Notes: generated from the letters alone by a model not told the origin. DNA of 64,000 nt from an uncultured virus (IMG/VR IMGVR_UViG_3300014208_000430) (IMGVR_UViG_3300014208_000430), one strand, 5' to 3'. Positions 47,257 through 57,444 are shown, numbered from the stretch's first letter. Numbers and translations are program-made.

Positions 47257-47788
47257 TAACTTCTCTCATTTTTTCAGTTCTTTCTGTAGTAGTTCCATTT
47301 AGAACAGTATATTTTATATTATGTTGATCTAATAAATGTATTATAGATTTATCTAAATCTTTTGCTTCATCTTCAGATTGACTTCTTGTTCCATCTTTAA
47401 CACACTTCTTTTCTCTTGTACACACGAAAATATATTGATAACGTTTCAAATCATTTATAAAATTTTCATACATCTTAATAATTAGATAACTGTCATCAGG
47501 AATTTTTGAGTATCTTAAAGCATATACATAAGACAATAACGTTGGAGAATCTGTTACAATGTATTGTATTTCTTTAGGAATACAATCTTCTTTCTTTTTC
47601 TGTTCTTCATAAACCCAAAATTGTACCTAAGGATTGTTAGATGGAAGTAAACCTTTATTGAATGCTTCTCTAACCCATTCTTGAACCTGTTCTATTAATA
47701 CAGATTCTGTTTTTAGTATTGAGAAAAAGTGGGCACATTGTGTTGATTTGCCAGATCCTGGTCCACCAAGTAATGCTATTCTTATCAT
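47246..47788 (-). pseudogene. NadR/AAA_28-like P-loop NTPase/kinase interrupted by an in-frame TAG at codon 54 (pseudogene or amber readthrough)
   Basis: ATG 47788: MIRIALLGGPGSGKST...QEWVRE...SNNP-TAG(47627-47629)-VQFWVYEEQ...IVTDSPTLLSYVY, continuing in frame into track ORF 47246-47536 (DGTRSQSE). Confidence 0.75.
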
Positions 47789-48302
47789 TTATATTCCTGC
47801 TTCAAAACAAATTTGGTTAAACATATCTCTAAATGTTATTTTTTTATTTCTAAATATTTTTGATTCTTTTGTTCGTTTATACTTAGGATTATTTTTGTTT
47901 ATCATAGTTCTCACATACTTTTAAATATAATTCATTTAAAGTTTTATTTAATTCTTCAGTTACATTTTCTCTCTTTAAAAATCTTCCTTCATCTCCGAAT
48001 TGACTAATTTTTATATAGAACATTTAATATCATCAATTTTGTATGTATTAAATTCGACACCATATCCTTTTTTGTCTATTTCCACAAGAAAATTTTGCAT
48101 ATCCATATTTACTGCCTCTTTATAACTATTGATGATTTTATCAATTTCCTTCTAAATCTTCTATTTTTCTTATTTTATTTTGTAATTCCTTTGGTAAATC
48201 TAAAAATGGAATTGGAACTAATTTATAAAATATTTTTTGACCACTCTTAAAATTGTCATATACATATGATTTATTTAGTATTCTTAAATCCATATTTACC
48301 AC

Positions 48303-48512
48303 CTATTTGAGAGAAACTTTATCAATTACGATTTCTTTTCTTATTCCTTCAATTACAAATACATTTTTAGCATATTTATGATCCATTGCACCTTTAATAA
48401 TTTCAGATACTCTATCCAAATTGTCAGCATCTCCAAGCAATTCTGTAGGAGAACCTGAATCATCTTGATGATAAATATCTCCCAATACATAAAACCTTTT
48501 TATTTCAGTCAT
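48303..48512 (-). CDS. Hypothetical protein (69 aa)
   Basis: ORF track. Confidence 0.5.
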   Translation of the reverse strand: MTEIKRFYVLGDIYHQDDSGSPTELLGDADNLDRVSEIIKGAMDHKYAKNVFVIEGIRKEIVIDKVSLK

Positions 48513-48639
48513 AATTAAAACCTTCTATAATTTTTAGGATTATTTGCCCAATTTATAAGTTCAATCTCTGATTTACCACCACGAACTTCACGTTTCCATA
48601 TTCGATTTTTATACATTCTTTCCTGATTTTTTGAATCTC

Positions 48640-49119
48640 TCATAATTTATCATCTCCTTCGCTCCAAATTTCATCAACCTTTATATTTATATTACAATTA
48701 TCTTTCTCGAACTTATTTTTCAGTCTTTTGTATTCTTTTATTTCAAATTCTTCAAGAATTCTTTTTCTTTCATCTTCTTTTTCTTTTTTTAATCTAAGTT
48801 TCTCTTCTTCCCTTTTCTTAACATCTTCTTCGTGAATTTTCTTATATTTCTCTGGATAAGTTTCATCAAAAAGAAATTCTATCGGAAGATAATATTGATC
48901 TCTACATGTTTCTTGACATTGTCCATACTCGAACTCAACAAATATTTTCCCATTTTCCTCTTCGAAATCGTAATTATAACACTCACCGTTTGGAGGTTCG
49001 TTATATAAAATCATGCTCAATTGAATAGTTTTTACTAAAATCAGTTCATTTATTTTATTTCTTTGTTTTTTAAAATTTTCGTATTCTTCCTTTGTTATTA
49101 GTTTCATAAATATCCTCAT
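48640..49119 (-). CDS. Hypothetical protein with charged coiled-coil C-terminus
   Basis: ORF track; ends EYKRLKNKFE, as often seen in small viral proteins. Confidence 0.6.
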   Translation of the reverse strand: MRIFMKLITKEEYENFKKQRNKINELILVKTIQLSMILYNEPPNGECYNYDFEEENGKIFVEFEYGQCQETCRDQYYLPIEFLFDETYPEKYKKIHEEDVKKREEEKLRLKKEKEDERKRILEEFEIKEYKRLKNKFEKDNCNINIKVDEIWSEGDDKL

Positions 49120-49255
49120 TTAACTATTTCAGTTAGTATATAAGAAGAATTAATTTCTTCTAACTTATATTTTGATTTATCTATGATTATATGTGCTTTA
49201 GTTCCAATATATGTTACTGGAAAACCTTGCATTAATTGATTTTCTCCATTCATAA

Positions 49256-49447
49256 TTATTCCTTATTCTTTGTACTCTTTTCTATTCTAAGATTATTTTT
49301 TATTGATTTTATATCTTCATCGATAGTTTCTAACTTTTTTAGTTTTGTGTTAATTTTTTCAAGATTACTTACTATTTGTTGTAAATATATCGATTCGCTC
49401 ATACCCATATTATTCTCCTTTATTTTCTTTATTTCCTTTATTCTCAA
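49256..49447 (-). CDS. Small coiled-coil protein
   Basis: ORF track; likely starts at MGMSES behind GGAG. Confidence 0.45.
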   Translation of the reverse strand: MRIKEIKKIKENNMGMSESIYLQQIVSNLEKINTKLKKLETIDEDIKSIKNNLRIEKSTKNKE

Positions 49448-49961
49448 TTTCTATTAATAATGGTTGTTTTACATTTGACGAATTCTTCCAAGCTTCATTC
49501 GCTGAGTTATTTAGATTTGATATTACTGATGAGTTTGCGAATTCTCTTTTTATTATATGTCTACAATTCTCTGAGCAACATTTACATATAAATGGTTTAT
49601 TAAATTTTACGTACCAATAACCATAATCATATGTTAATTCTTCACCAACTTTTATATCTTTTATAGCAATATCCTTTTCTGAATCTATAGACATTGTATT
49701 CGGATCACATGAATGATTAAAATATTTACTATTGTCTGTACAGTAAACTAAGGTGTCGTTAATTCCTTCATAACAAAAGTGTAGTAAAATCTTTTTATAT
49801 CTATCACTAAAATTCTCATATTGTTCTTTTGTGTAGACTCTAACATTTCCATATTTCCATATTACAGTTCCTTTTGGAATATCTTTATTTGCAAAAAGTC
49901 CATAACCTGTAACAGAACTCTTTTTCTTTATTATATCTGGATGCAAAACTTTATTGTTCAT
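49410..49961 (-). CDS. SET-domain protein-lysine methyltransferase with post-SET zinc motif
   Basis: GYGLFA..DIPKGT, YFNHSCDPN, AIKDIKVGEELTYDY, CKCCSENCR; ORF track to 49979. Confidence 0.9.
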   Translation of the reverse strand: MNNKVLHPDIIKKKSSVTGYGLFANKDIPKGTVIWKYGNVRVYTKEQYENFSDRYKKILLHFCYEGINDTLVYCTDNSKYFNHSCDPNTMSIDSEKDIAIKDIKVGEELTYDYGYWYVKFNKPFICKCCSENCRHIIKREFANSSVISNLNNSANEAWKNSSNVKQPLLIEIENKGNKENKGE

Positions 49962-50142
49962 GATGTCACACCAAATCACACAGATTTTGTTTCTTTTTCC
50001 ATTGTTTTTGAAGAACTAATAAATCTGTACATTTATCTCTCAAATTCATAATTTCTTCTTGTTTTTTATCTGTATAGTAAGTATTAACTTCTGCATCATC
50101 GATAACTTTTCTTATTAGTAATAATTCTTTCTTATTGAACAT

Positions 50143-50334
50143 TTATTCTTCCTCTTCAGTTTCTATTAAATTACAGCCATCATAATATCTTTTATCATAA
50201 TCAATAACTTTTGGATCTGTCTTAAACCGAATTTTCTTTTTCTTTTCTGATGTCATAATTATTTTTTTATATTTCTTTAATTTCTCTCTGACTTTTTCTT
50301 TGTCTTTCCCACTTTCGATAGCTTTCCACATCAT
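50143..50334 (-). CDS. Small basic hypothetical protein
   Basis: ORF track. Confidence 0.45.
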   Translation of the reverse strand: MMWKAIESGKDKEKVREKLKKYKKIIMTSEKKKKIRFKTDPKVIDYDKRYYDGCNLIETEEEE

Positions 50335-50395
50335 AACTTTTCACGTCTCAATAATTCATCTTTACATAATGATGGATTTACTTTGTGTGCAATGT

Positions 50396-50797
50396 CTAAA
50401 ATGCTCTGTTTGGTTTAATTCCTTTATGTTTGCAAGGAATTATTATTTCAATTTTAGACATTTCTTCAGCAACAATTTTTCTTTGTCTATAAGTATCTAT
50501 ATATCTTACACCTTGAAGTTTAGATTTTCTTTTCTTCAGATTTATCAACAGATCAAGAAACTTAGAGAATTGATAATTGTTTACATCAAGTCTTATAGAA
50601 TTTGATGCAATTAAATTATAAATGTCTTTAATAGTTTGAACATGGAATATTCGTATAAATTTACTATCATCTTCTTTTCTAAACAACTCTTCTTTTATTT
50701 TTGTTAGAATAAGTTGTGCCTCTTCATAATTCATGGAATCTGATAATTTTTCCATTTCATTTATCAATAATTCTATATTATCAATCTCTTCATTCAT
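50396..50797 (-). CDS. Hypothetical protein (133 aa)
   Basis: ORF track. Confidence 0.55.
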   Translation of the reverse strand: MNEEIDNIELLINEMEKLSDSMNYEEAQLILTKIKEELFRKEDDSKFIRIFHVQTIKDIYNLIASNSIRLDVNNYQFSKFLDLLINLKKRKSKLQGVRYIDTYRQRKIVAEEMSKIEIIIPCKHKGIKPNRAF

Positions 50798-50799
50798 AA

Positions 50800-51006
50800 T
50801 TATATATTCTTTGTAATATTTACAAGATAATCTATCATATACATTACATCTTCATTGTTACAAGCAATGAAATTCATTTTATCTACAGGTTTCATGTTTA
50901 CATATTTCTTGATATTATATAAAGTTTCTTTATCAATATTTTCTAAATCTTTATAATGATCATCTTGTTCTTCTAATGACATGTCTTGTAATGTTCTTAT
51001 TTTCAT
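50800..51006 (-). CDS. Hypothetical protein (68 aa)
   Basis: ORF track; ATGA-coupled. Confidence 0.5.
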   Translation of the reverse strand: MKIRTLQDMSLEEQDDHYKDLENIDKETLYNIKKYVNMKPVDKMNFIACNNEDVMYMIDYLVNITKNI

Positions 51007-51755
51007 TTCATGTACTCCTTCACAACAAATCCACCTTGTGATGAACCAACTACAGGTGTCATAGTCTCTTTTCTAAATTCAACATCTGGAATATTTTTCA
51101 TCATTATTTCATGAATCGCTTTTCCAGTTACATCGTTTCTATTTAATATGACATGATATCCACCATTGGTTTCACTAATCCATGATACATTTGATACTTT
51201 ACAATAGTTTCCACATTCAAAAGTATCATCGATTCTTTCATTATTTTTTATTATATTTAAAATATAATTCAATAAAGATTCATCTTTTCTATCTATGTCA
51301 ATTATAAAATAATTTGACTTGCTTTTACTTTTGTGAATACTACTAAATAGTTTTATATCTAACTTCTTATATAGTTCCAGATTTTTATTCTTAGATTTAA
51401 GATTTTCTAAATTCCATTTGTTTATACTTTCCGTAAAATCTATGTATCCTTTTATCATAGAGCGTGGTTCTGGAAGAATGTATAAAGCAAAAGCTTCTAC
51501 TGGAATGTCATTTCCTTTATTGTCAGTGTATATTCCTTCAACTATACTCATTCTTTTTAACTTTCTTATAGTTTTATTTGTGTCATTATTTCTTATAATT
51601 TCACGTTTTACAACTTCCATAGATTCTGAAATTGTAGAACAGTATTTTTTTCTTGTTGTAAGCACAGCAAGATAAACTTCATCATTTTCAAGTTGTAATA
51701 ACACTTTCTCTATAAACTTTCGTGTTTCTTCTTCATTTACTATTAAATTATTCAA
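51003..51755 (-). CDS. Putative archaeo-eukaryotic primase (AEP)-superfamily protein
   Basis: YFIIDID (hhhDxD) and ISETNGGYHVIL (sxH) resemble AEP motifs I and II. Confidence 0.45.
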   Translation of the reverse strand: MNNLIVNEEETRKFIEKVLLQLENDEVYLAVLTTRKKYCSTISESMEVVKREIIRNNDTNKTIRKLKRMSIVEGIYTDNKGNDIPVEAFALYILPEPRSMIKGYIDFTESINKWNLENLKSKNKNLELYKKLDIKLFSSIHKSKSKSNYFIIDIDRKDESLLNYILNIIKNNERIDDTFECGNYCKVSNVSWISETNGGYHVILNRNDVTGKAIHEIMMKNIPDVEFRKETMTPVVGSSQGGFVVKEYMK

Positions 51756-53190
51756 TGTTTATCAAATCCTTTATAAACTCTAATGCTTCTTCTCTACTAT
51801 TAATTTTTCCTTCTATTACTGCGTCATTTACTAATTCAAGCATTTTTCCTATTTTAACTCCGTCTTTTTTAGTAAGACCTAAGTTCATTACATCATAACC
51901 ATTTATAATTTTTTGAGTAAGAGCTGGTCTATTTTGCTTCTCAATTTCATAATCTTTTATAAAGTTTATTATTTCTTTGGAATTATTAAATTTATCATCG
52001 TTTAAATATCGAACTCCACTTCCAAGAATGTCAGCATTTGATAGTTTAAATAAGTCATCAAAGTATTCATGTTCAATCAATTTTACTTTCTTAGATTTTT
52101 TCATTTCGCTAAAGTAATGAATTCTCATATGATTTTGTACTAACCATACTACTTTATCTATGATTTCCGATGAAAATTTCATTCTTGTTAATATCTTTTT
52201 TGCTATTTCTGCTCCTATATTTTCATGCTCGTAGAAATGAATTTCAATTTCACCATTTTCTGATAATGATTTTAATGTAGTTTTTGATTTTCCTATATCG
52301 TGTAATACGATTCCAAGTAGAAGTTCTAATGAAGGATTTTCGCACACATTAAATCCTGTTATACTATCCAATGCTAATAAAGTATGTGTAAAAACATTTC
52401 CTTCTGGATGATGAACCTCGCTTTGTTCAACATTTTTTAATTCTACAAGTTCTGGTAATATTTGAACCAACAATTTTACATTATCAAGTGTTAGAATTCC
52501 TTTGACTCTATTATCAGACATTAGAATTTTTGTAAATTCGTCTCTTATTCTTTCATCTGAAACTGGCTTGGAATATATTTCAACATATTCATCACCATCC
52601 CAAAATTCATGTTTAGAAATAATCTTTAAAGTTCCTTCAAATTCAAACATGTCATAATATGTTCTTTCTTCTAATCTAAAGTCTAATAATGTATTAAATC
52701 TGACAGCTCTTAATAATCGTAATTTGTCTTCTGCATATCTTCTTTTCGGCAAGCCAACAGTTCTTATTTTTTTATTTTCAATATCTTCTTGACCACCAAA
52801 ATAATCATAAATATTACCATCTTTATCCATTGACATTGCATTTATTGTAAAATCTCTTCTTTCTAAATCTTTTTTTAAGGACGATACAAATTCTACATCA
52901 CAATGTCGACCATCGCAATTAGTATCTATTCGAAATGTTGTAACTTCTACAGGTAAATCCTTAAATATTATTGTAACAGTCCCATGTTTAAGACCTGTCT
53001 CAATGTATTTTAGATTGTTTGATTTTGAAAATTCTATAATTTGTTCTGGTAAAGCATTTGTAGTTATATCAATATCTTTTATTTCTCTATCCATTAATAA
53101 ATCTCGAACAGCACCACCTACTATATAAGCTTCATAATTTTGTTCATTGAATTTTTGCAATAATTCTAAAGCAGTTTCAATTTTCATCAT
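51748..53190 (-). CDS. cca: Class II (bacterial-type) CCA tRNA nucleotidyltransferase/poly(A) polymerase family protein with HD domain
   Basis: VGGAVRD..DIDITT, EVTTFR, DLERRDFTINAM, EDKLRLLRAVRF, ERIRDE; HD domain HHPEGNVFTHT...LHDIGK; ORF track to 53247. Confidence 0.9.
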   Translation of the reverse strand: MMKIETALELLQKFNEQNYEAYIVGGAVRDLLMDREIKDIDITTNALPEQIIEFSKSNNLKYIETGLKHGTVTIIFKDLPVEVTTFRIDTNCDGRHCDVEFVSSLKKDLERRDFTINAMSMDKDGNIYDYFGGQEDIENKKIRTVGLPKRRYAEDKLRLLRAVRFNTLLDFRLEERTYYDMFEFEGTLKIISKHEFWDGDEYVEIYSKPVSDERIRDEFTKILMSDNRVKGILTLDNVKLLVQILPELVELKNVEQSEVHHPEGNVFTHTLLALDSITGFNVCENPSLELLLGIVLHDIGKSKTTLKSLSENGEIEIHFYEHENIGAEIAKKILTRMKFSSEIIDKVVWLVQNHMRIHYFSEMKKSKKVKLIEHEYFDDLFKLSNADILGSGVRYLNDDKFNNSKEIINFIKDYEIEKQNRPALTQKIINGYDVMNLGLTKKDGVKIGKMLELVNDAVIEGKINSREEALEFIKDLINIE

Positions 53191-53414
53191 TTTAATATTT
53201 ACCTTTAAGTGAATCGAGATTATATCCAAAAGGAATCCAATTTCCATATTTTATTCTTGTATTATTTAAATCGATACGATATTGTTTTCTAAATTCATGA
53301 ATTTTCTTTTCTCGTTTCTTATTTTTCATAATTAAATCCTATTTGCAAATACAATATAAACTTTCATTTTCTATGTCAATATCTTCTTTAGTTTTTATTG
53401 GAATTAAACAAATA

Positions 53415-53849
53415 TTACAAACTATAACCGTATTTATTCCACCAATCTAAATATTTTTCTCTTACTATGTAAACATCTGAACGTTTAGGAAATTCACTTA
53501 ATATATATTGTAATTTTATAGGCATTAATATTGCACAATATTTATCTGCATAACCTAATTTTGATAAATTCATTCCTATTTTATTTACATAATCTCTCGA
53601 ATGACAAATACACAAATCATAATATTGTTTACCAAACAAATAACCACATATTTTAGCTCCCAATTCTGGATGAGTGTCTTCTTTTGATTTATCTTGATTT
53701 ATTCTTCCTATATCATGTAGTAATATACAAATAAATTCTCTCAAACTCGGATATTTTTTATATATCTTTTTCCAAGATAATGTTACATACAATGTATGAA
53801 ATAATAAACTATGATAACCTATTGTTAAAGTTTTAAGTCCTTGTAACAT
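53415..53849 (-). CDS. HD-domain metal-dependent phosphohydrolase-like protein
   Basis: H..LLHDIG...HPELGA...HSRD...YADK; GGAG SD. Confidence 0.7.
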   Translation of the reverse strand: MLQGLKTLTIGYHSLLFHTLYVTLSWKKIYKKYPSLREFICILLHDIGRINQDKSKEDTHPELGAKICGYLFGKQYYDLCICHSRDYVNKIGMNLSKLGYADKYCAILMPIKLQYILSEFPKRSDVYIVREKYLDWWNKYGYSL

Positions 53850-54348
53850 TATTAACTCCTTATTGTTACCAACTGTTTCTTTAATGCTATCGTAGAATCT
53901 GAATGATATTTAAAACAATCTTCATCACAAATTATATTGTAACATTCTATACAATTTATTTTACTGTATTTTGGTTTCGATGGATTATCTTTCTTTTTTG
54001 GATTTAAACCAATCTTTGGATTCTCATTATTTACTGTAGGATTTGGTTGCGAAATTGAATCAGATGTGCTGGCATTCCAATTTATATCGTCATGAGGAAT
54101 TTGATGTTTCTTAGCATGACTTCTTGAATGATGTTTATGTTTTAATTGATATAATATTTTTGCATTTTCAGACGTTTAATTCACCTCAGGGTTGTATTTA
54201 TTTAAGTTTAATAACATTTGTTCTTTTATAATCTCTTCTTTTGTAAATCTTGACGATGAATGTGGAGGAAATCTACTTAGAATTATATATTTTCCAGTTC
54301 CATTGTGTTTTAATATATTCCACTTACTTCTTTCGATTGTATCATTTA

Positions 54349-54549
54349 TCATTTTAGCAAATCCTCGTAAGTTAAATCTTCTAACTTTGAAATTCTTTTT
54401 GGAAGAATATAAGCTTCAGCAACTAATTGTAAAATATCTCCAGCTGGAATTTTAATTTCATTTCCTTTACGATCTGTTATAAAGATATATCCACTGAAAT
54501 CACTATTGTGATTAAATTGAGTTCCGTTATTTCCTGTAAAACTGTCCAT
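54349..54549 (-). CDS. Hypothetical protein (66 aa)
   Basis: ORF track; GGAG SD. Confidence 0.6.
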   Translation of the reverse strand: MDSFTGNNGTQFNHNSDFSGYIFITDRKGNEIKIPAGDILQLVAEAYILPKRISKLEDLTYEDLLK

Positions 54550-54550
54550 A

Positions 54551-54724
54551 TTATTCTCCTTGTTTTAAGTAAGAATCGTTTAAACTGAAGTTTTCCACGT
54601 TACATTTTATTATTACACTTGCTAGATTGCTAAGTGTTATATTTATCTTTTTATCTTTTAGTTCTCTTTGTTTATTCCATAATAATTCATGAATATCATC
54701 ATCTACTAATATTGTCTTTACCAT
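54551..54724 (-). CDS. Ribbon-helix-helix-like small DNA-binding protein (57 aa)
   Basis: Manual translation MVKTILVDDDIHELLWNKQRELKDKKINITLSNLASVII...; GGAG SD. Confidence 0.55.
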   Translation of the reverse strand: MVKTILVDDDIHELLWNKQRELKDKKINITLSNLASVIIKCNVENFSLNDSYLKQGE

Positions 54725-54776
54725 TATATCATCTCCGTAAACTTAACCTCTTATAATACTATAATAAACGTTATAC

Positions 54777-54791
54777 TATTTAAAGGTTTGC
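54777..54791 (-). promoter_or_regulatory. Archaeal BRE/TATA promoter
   Basis: Minus strand GCAAACCTTTAAATA about 55 nt upstream of 54724. Confidence 0.5.
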
Positions 54792-54863
54792 TTTTTATAT
54801 AAAAATATTAAAAAAGATATAATAAACTTGCCATAAAAAGAGTTGCTGGATATTTATATCCAG

Positions 54864-56015
54864 TTAATAATCGTTTGGTGATTTTATATCTTTTATTTTT
54901 ACGAAAAATGTTTCATATTCGTATGTTGTTCTGTCGTAATTATAGCCAAATGATGTATATTCATTTTTATAAGGTTCTATGATGTCAAATAATGAATTAT
55001 ACGAATTATTTCTTGGTACAATATTCCATATAATATTTCCTCTTTTATCAGTCTTTATCAATATTCCTTTATTAGGTTCACCGATTTTTTCATAAAAAGT
55101 TCCAGAAAGTATATATCCATTTTTTGTCTTTTTTATAGAATTTACTTCATTATACACACCATACGATATCAGTTTGATCCACTTCAATTTTCCATTTTTA
55201 CTAATTTTAGCTATCCAACTGTTTTTTGAATTTGGATATGAATTTTCAAGATAACCAGTTATTATATATGCATCATTTGATAATTGAATCGATGAAATAT
55301 GACCTATTCCTTTAAATTGTTTTGTCCACACAACGTTAAAATTTTTGTCTGTTTTTATAATTATTCCATCAAGTCCATCGCTTATTGATCCTGTTATTAT
55401 ATATCCACCATCTAATGTTTGTTTTATAACAGAAGAATAATCAAGATCACTGTTGTTTGTTAATGTTTTATTTATAATTACATTTCCTTCTGAATCAAAT
55501 TTAATAACAAATAATGATTGTGGATTTCCATTATAATCTTGTATATTGCCAAGAACTACATAATTATTGTCTAATGTTTGAGCAACAGATTTAAAAGAAA
55601 GATAATTTTTCTCTTGTATATATCTTTTCCACATTACATTTCCATCTTCATCTGTTTTTATAATAAGTCCACTTGATAACCATTCATCTTCATCGTTATG
55701 AAGTTCATAACTCGATGTTCCAACTATTATATATCCATTATCAGGAGTCAATTCTATATCTGAAAAATAACTTCCATTACTTTCATCATAATTTTTTTCT
55801 AAAAATACATTTCCACTTGAATCTATTCTAGTTGTTGATGCATACGATTCACGTTGACCAGCAAAAATGTATCCATCATGATCTGTTATATCGAAAGCTT
55901 TTGTGTGTGAAATGTTCAAAGTTTTGTTAACAACTGTTATTGGTACAGCAGTTGATATTGTGACTGTTAGGAATATTATTAATATTCCTATTAAGATTTT
56001 ATTTAATTTATTCAT
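54864..56015 (-). CDS. Secreted beta-propeller-repeat surface protein
   Basis: Signal peptide MNKLNKILIGILIIFLTVTISTA; repeated T.DGGYIITG / IIKTD..GN..W blades. Confidence 0.8.
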   Translation of the reverse strand: MNKLNKILIGILIIFLTVTISTAVPITVVNKTLNISHTKAFDITDHDGYIFAGQRESYASTTRIDSSGNVFLEKNYDESNGSYFSDIELTPDNGYIIVGTSSYELHNDEDEWLSSGLIIKTDEDGNVMWKRYIQEKNYLSFKSVAQTLDNNYVVLGNIQDYNGNPQSLFVIKFDSEGNVIINKTLTNNSDLDYSSVIKQTLDGGYIITGSISDGLDGIIIKTDKNFNVVWTKQFKGIGHISSIQLSNDAYIITGYLENSYPNSKNSWIAKISKNGKLKWIKLISYGVYNEVNSIKKTKNGYILSGTFYEKIGEPNKGILIKTDKRGNIIWNIVPRNNSYNSLFDIIEPYKNEYTSFGYNYDRTTYEYETFFVKIKDIKSPNDY

Positions 56016-56030
56016 GTTATTTATACCTCA

Positions 56031-56621
56031 TTAATTTGATAATTCTAATAATTTCTTATTTAGTTTTTCAATTTCTTTTTCAGTATTTAATATATCTTTC
56101 TTAATTTCTTTTTGTGTTGATTGATATTTCTTCTTTTTTAAATTTTCTTTGGATTTTTCTAATACCCATTTTTCAGTTTCTAAATTATCCAAAAGTTCTT
56201 TCTTTAAATATTGAGGTGTTTGTACTTGTTTTTTACGTTCTATTTTTGCAATTTTTCGTTGTTTGGCTTCCTTTTCCCATTCAGGTACATATTTTTCATA
56301 TCTTTGATAGAATGGTAATTCTGATGGATCTTTGACACCTTCTGGACGTTCTGCATCATAATATTTTTTCTTATGTTCTATAAAAACATGTTGAGGAAGT
56401 CCTATTGTATCCAAATCTACACCAAGAACTTTTGGTGCTGTTTTACACTGAACTTTAATGGATTTATCTTTTAATGTATCGGAAACTGCATTGGCAAAAA
56501 ATCCACAACTTTTATTATTTATAGTTCTTGGAATTAGTTCAAAATCTTTTCTATATTGAACAATTAAATCTTCAATAGTTTCTGTTAGTTTCTTTTCAGT
56601 TAATTTCTTTTTAGTTGTCAT
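56031..56621 (-). CDS. Hypothetical protein, possible papain-like Cys-His-Asp fold, with coiled-coil tail
   Basis: SCGFFA...HVFI...YYDAE. Confidence 0.45.
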   Translation of the reverse strand: MTTKKKLTEKKLTETIEDLIVQYRKDFELIPRTINNKSCGFFANAVSDTLKDKSIKVQCKTAPKVLGVDLDTIGLPQHVFIEHKKKYYDAERPEGVKDPSELPFYQRYEKYVPEWEKEAKQRKIAKIERKKQVQTPQYLKKELLDNLETEKWVLEKSKENLKKKKYQSTQKEIKKDILNTEKEIEKLNKKLLELSN

Positions 56622-56622
56622 T

Positions 56623-56844
56623 TTATAACTCCAGTTTTTCGTGACATTTTGTACATATCCAAATTAATATAGGCTTCAATTCAAAATTTCCAGAAGAAGT
56701 TTCATACTTCTTATATTCGATTAAAGGTGTCATTCTTTCTTTACACTTACAATAACAATTAATTCCTTTATATCTAAGATTATCTACACTAATTTCAACA
56801 TCGTGTTTAGGAAAGTTTATATTAAAATTTTTATCTTCACTCAT
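56623..56844 (-). CDS. Small zinc-ribbon protein
   Basis: CYCKC...WICTKC. Confidence 0.5.
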   Translation of the reverse strand: MSEDKNFNINFPKHDVEISVDNLRYKGINCYCKCKERMTPLIEYKKYETSSGNFELKPILIWICTKCHEKLEL

Positions 56845-56876
56845 TATTTAATCCTCTTTTCTATATTTTCTATTAT

Positions 56877-57287
56877 TTATACATCCTTTGTTAAATTATC
56901 TATAAATTTTTTAATTGAACAGTGTTCTTTATTGTTTTTTTCTTTTAATATACATACACTATTACATTTATTCCAACAATAATAATTTAATTTTTTGTAT
57001 ATTAGATTTTTCATTGTGTCTATTGTTATATCTTCAAATTCTATACCAGTTACTTCTTCTAATGCAGATGTAAGTTGTTCTTTATAATTTTTACCTAAAT
57101 TTAATTTGATTTTATTACTTATTTTAATTTTTTCTTTTAAATCTATAATCTCAATCTTTAAATCATCATTTTGAATTGTTAATTTAATAATTTCTTCAGT
57201 AAGTTCATTTAATTTGTCATTCACTTTCTTTTTTGTATTTTCACTTGTTCCTATATCATATAAAAAGGTTTCAGGTTTATTATTCAT
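56877..57287 (-). CDS. Coiled-coil protein; C-terminus duplicated in 59721-59963
   Basis: EQL..ALEE.TG.EFE.ITIDT.KNLIYKKL..YC...FIDNLTKDV. Confidence 0.65.
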   Translation of the reverse strand: MNNKPETFLYDIGTSENTKKKVNDKLNELTEEIIKLTIQNDDLKIEIIDLKEKIKISNKIKLNLGKNYKEQLTSALEEVTGIEFEDITIDTMKNLIYKKLNYYCWNKCNSVCILKEKNNKEHCSIKKFIDNLTKDV

Positions 57288-57444
57288 TTGTTTGCCTCCA
57301 AACTTACTTCTTCAATTGTAAGTTTGTATATTTTATCATTAGACTTAACAATAACTTCATTATCATTTTCTCCGTTTGATGAACTATGATTTCCAAAAAA
57401 CATTTTCATCGCATATAATACACTTGTTCTTATTTTATTCATAT

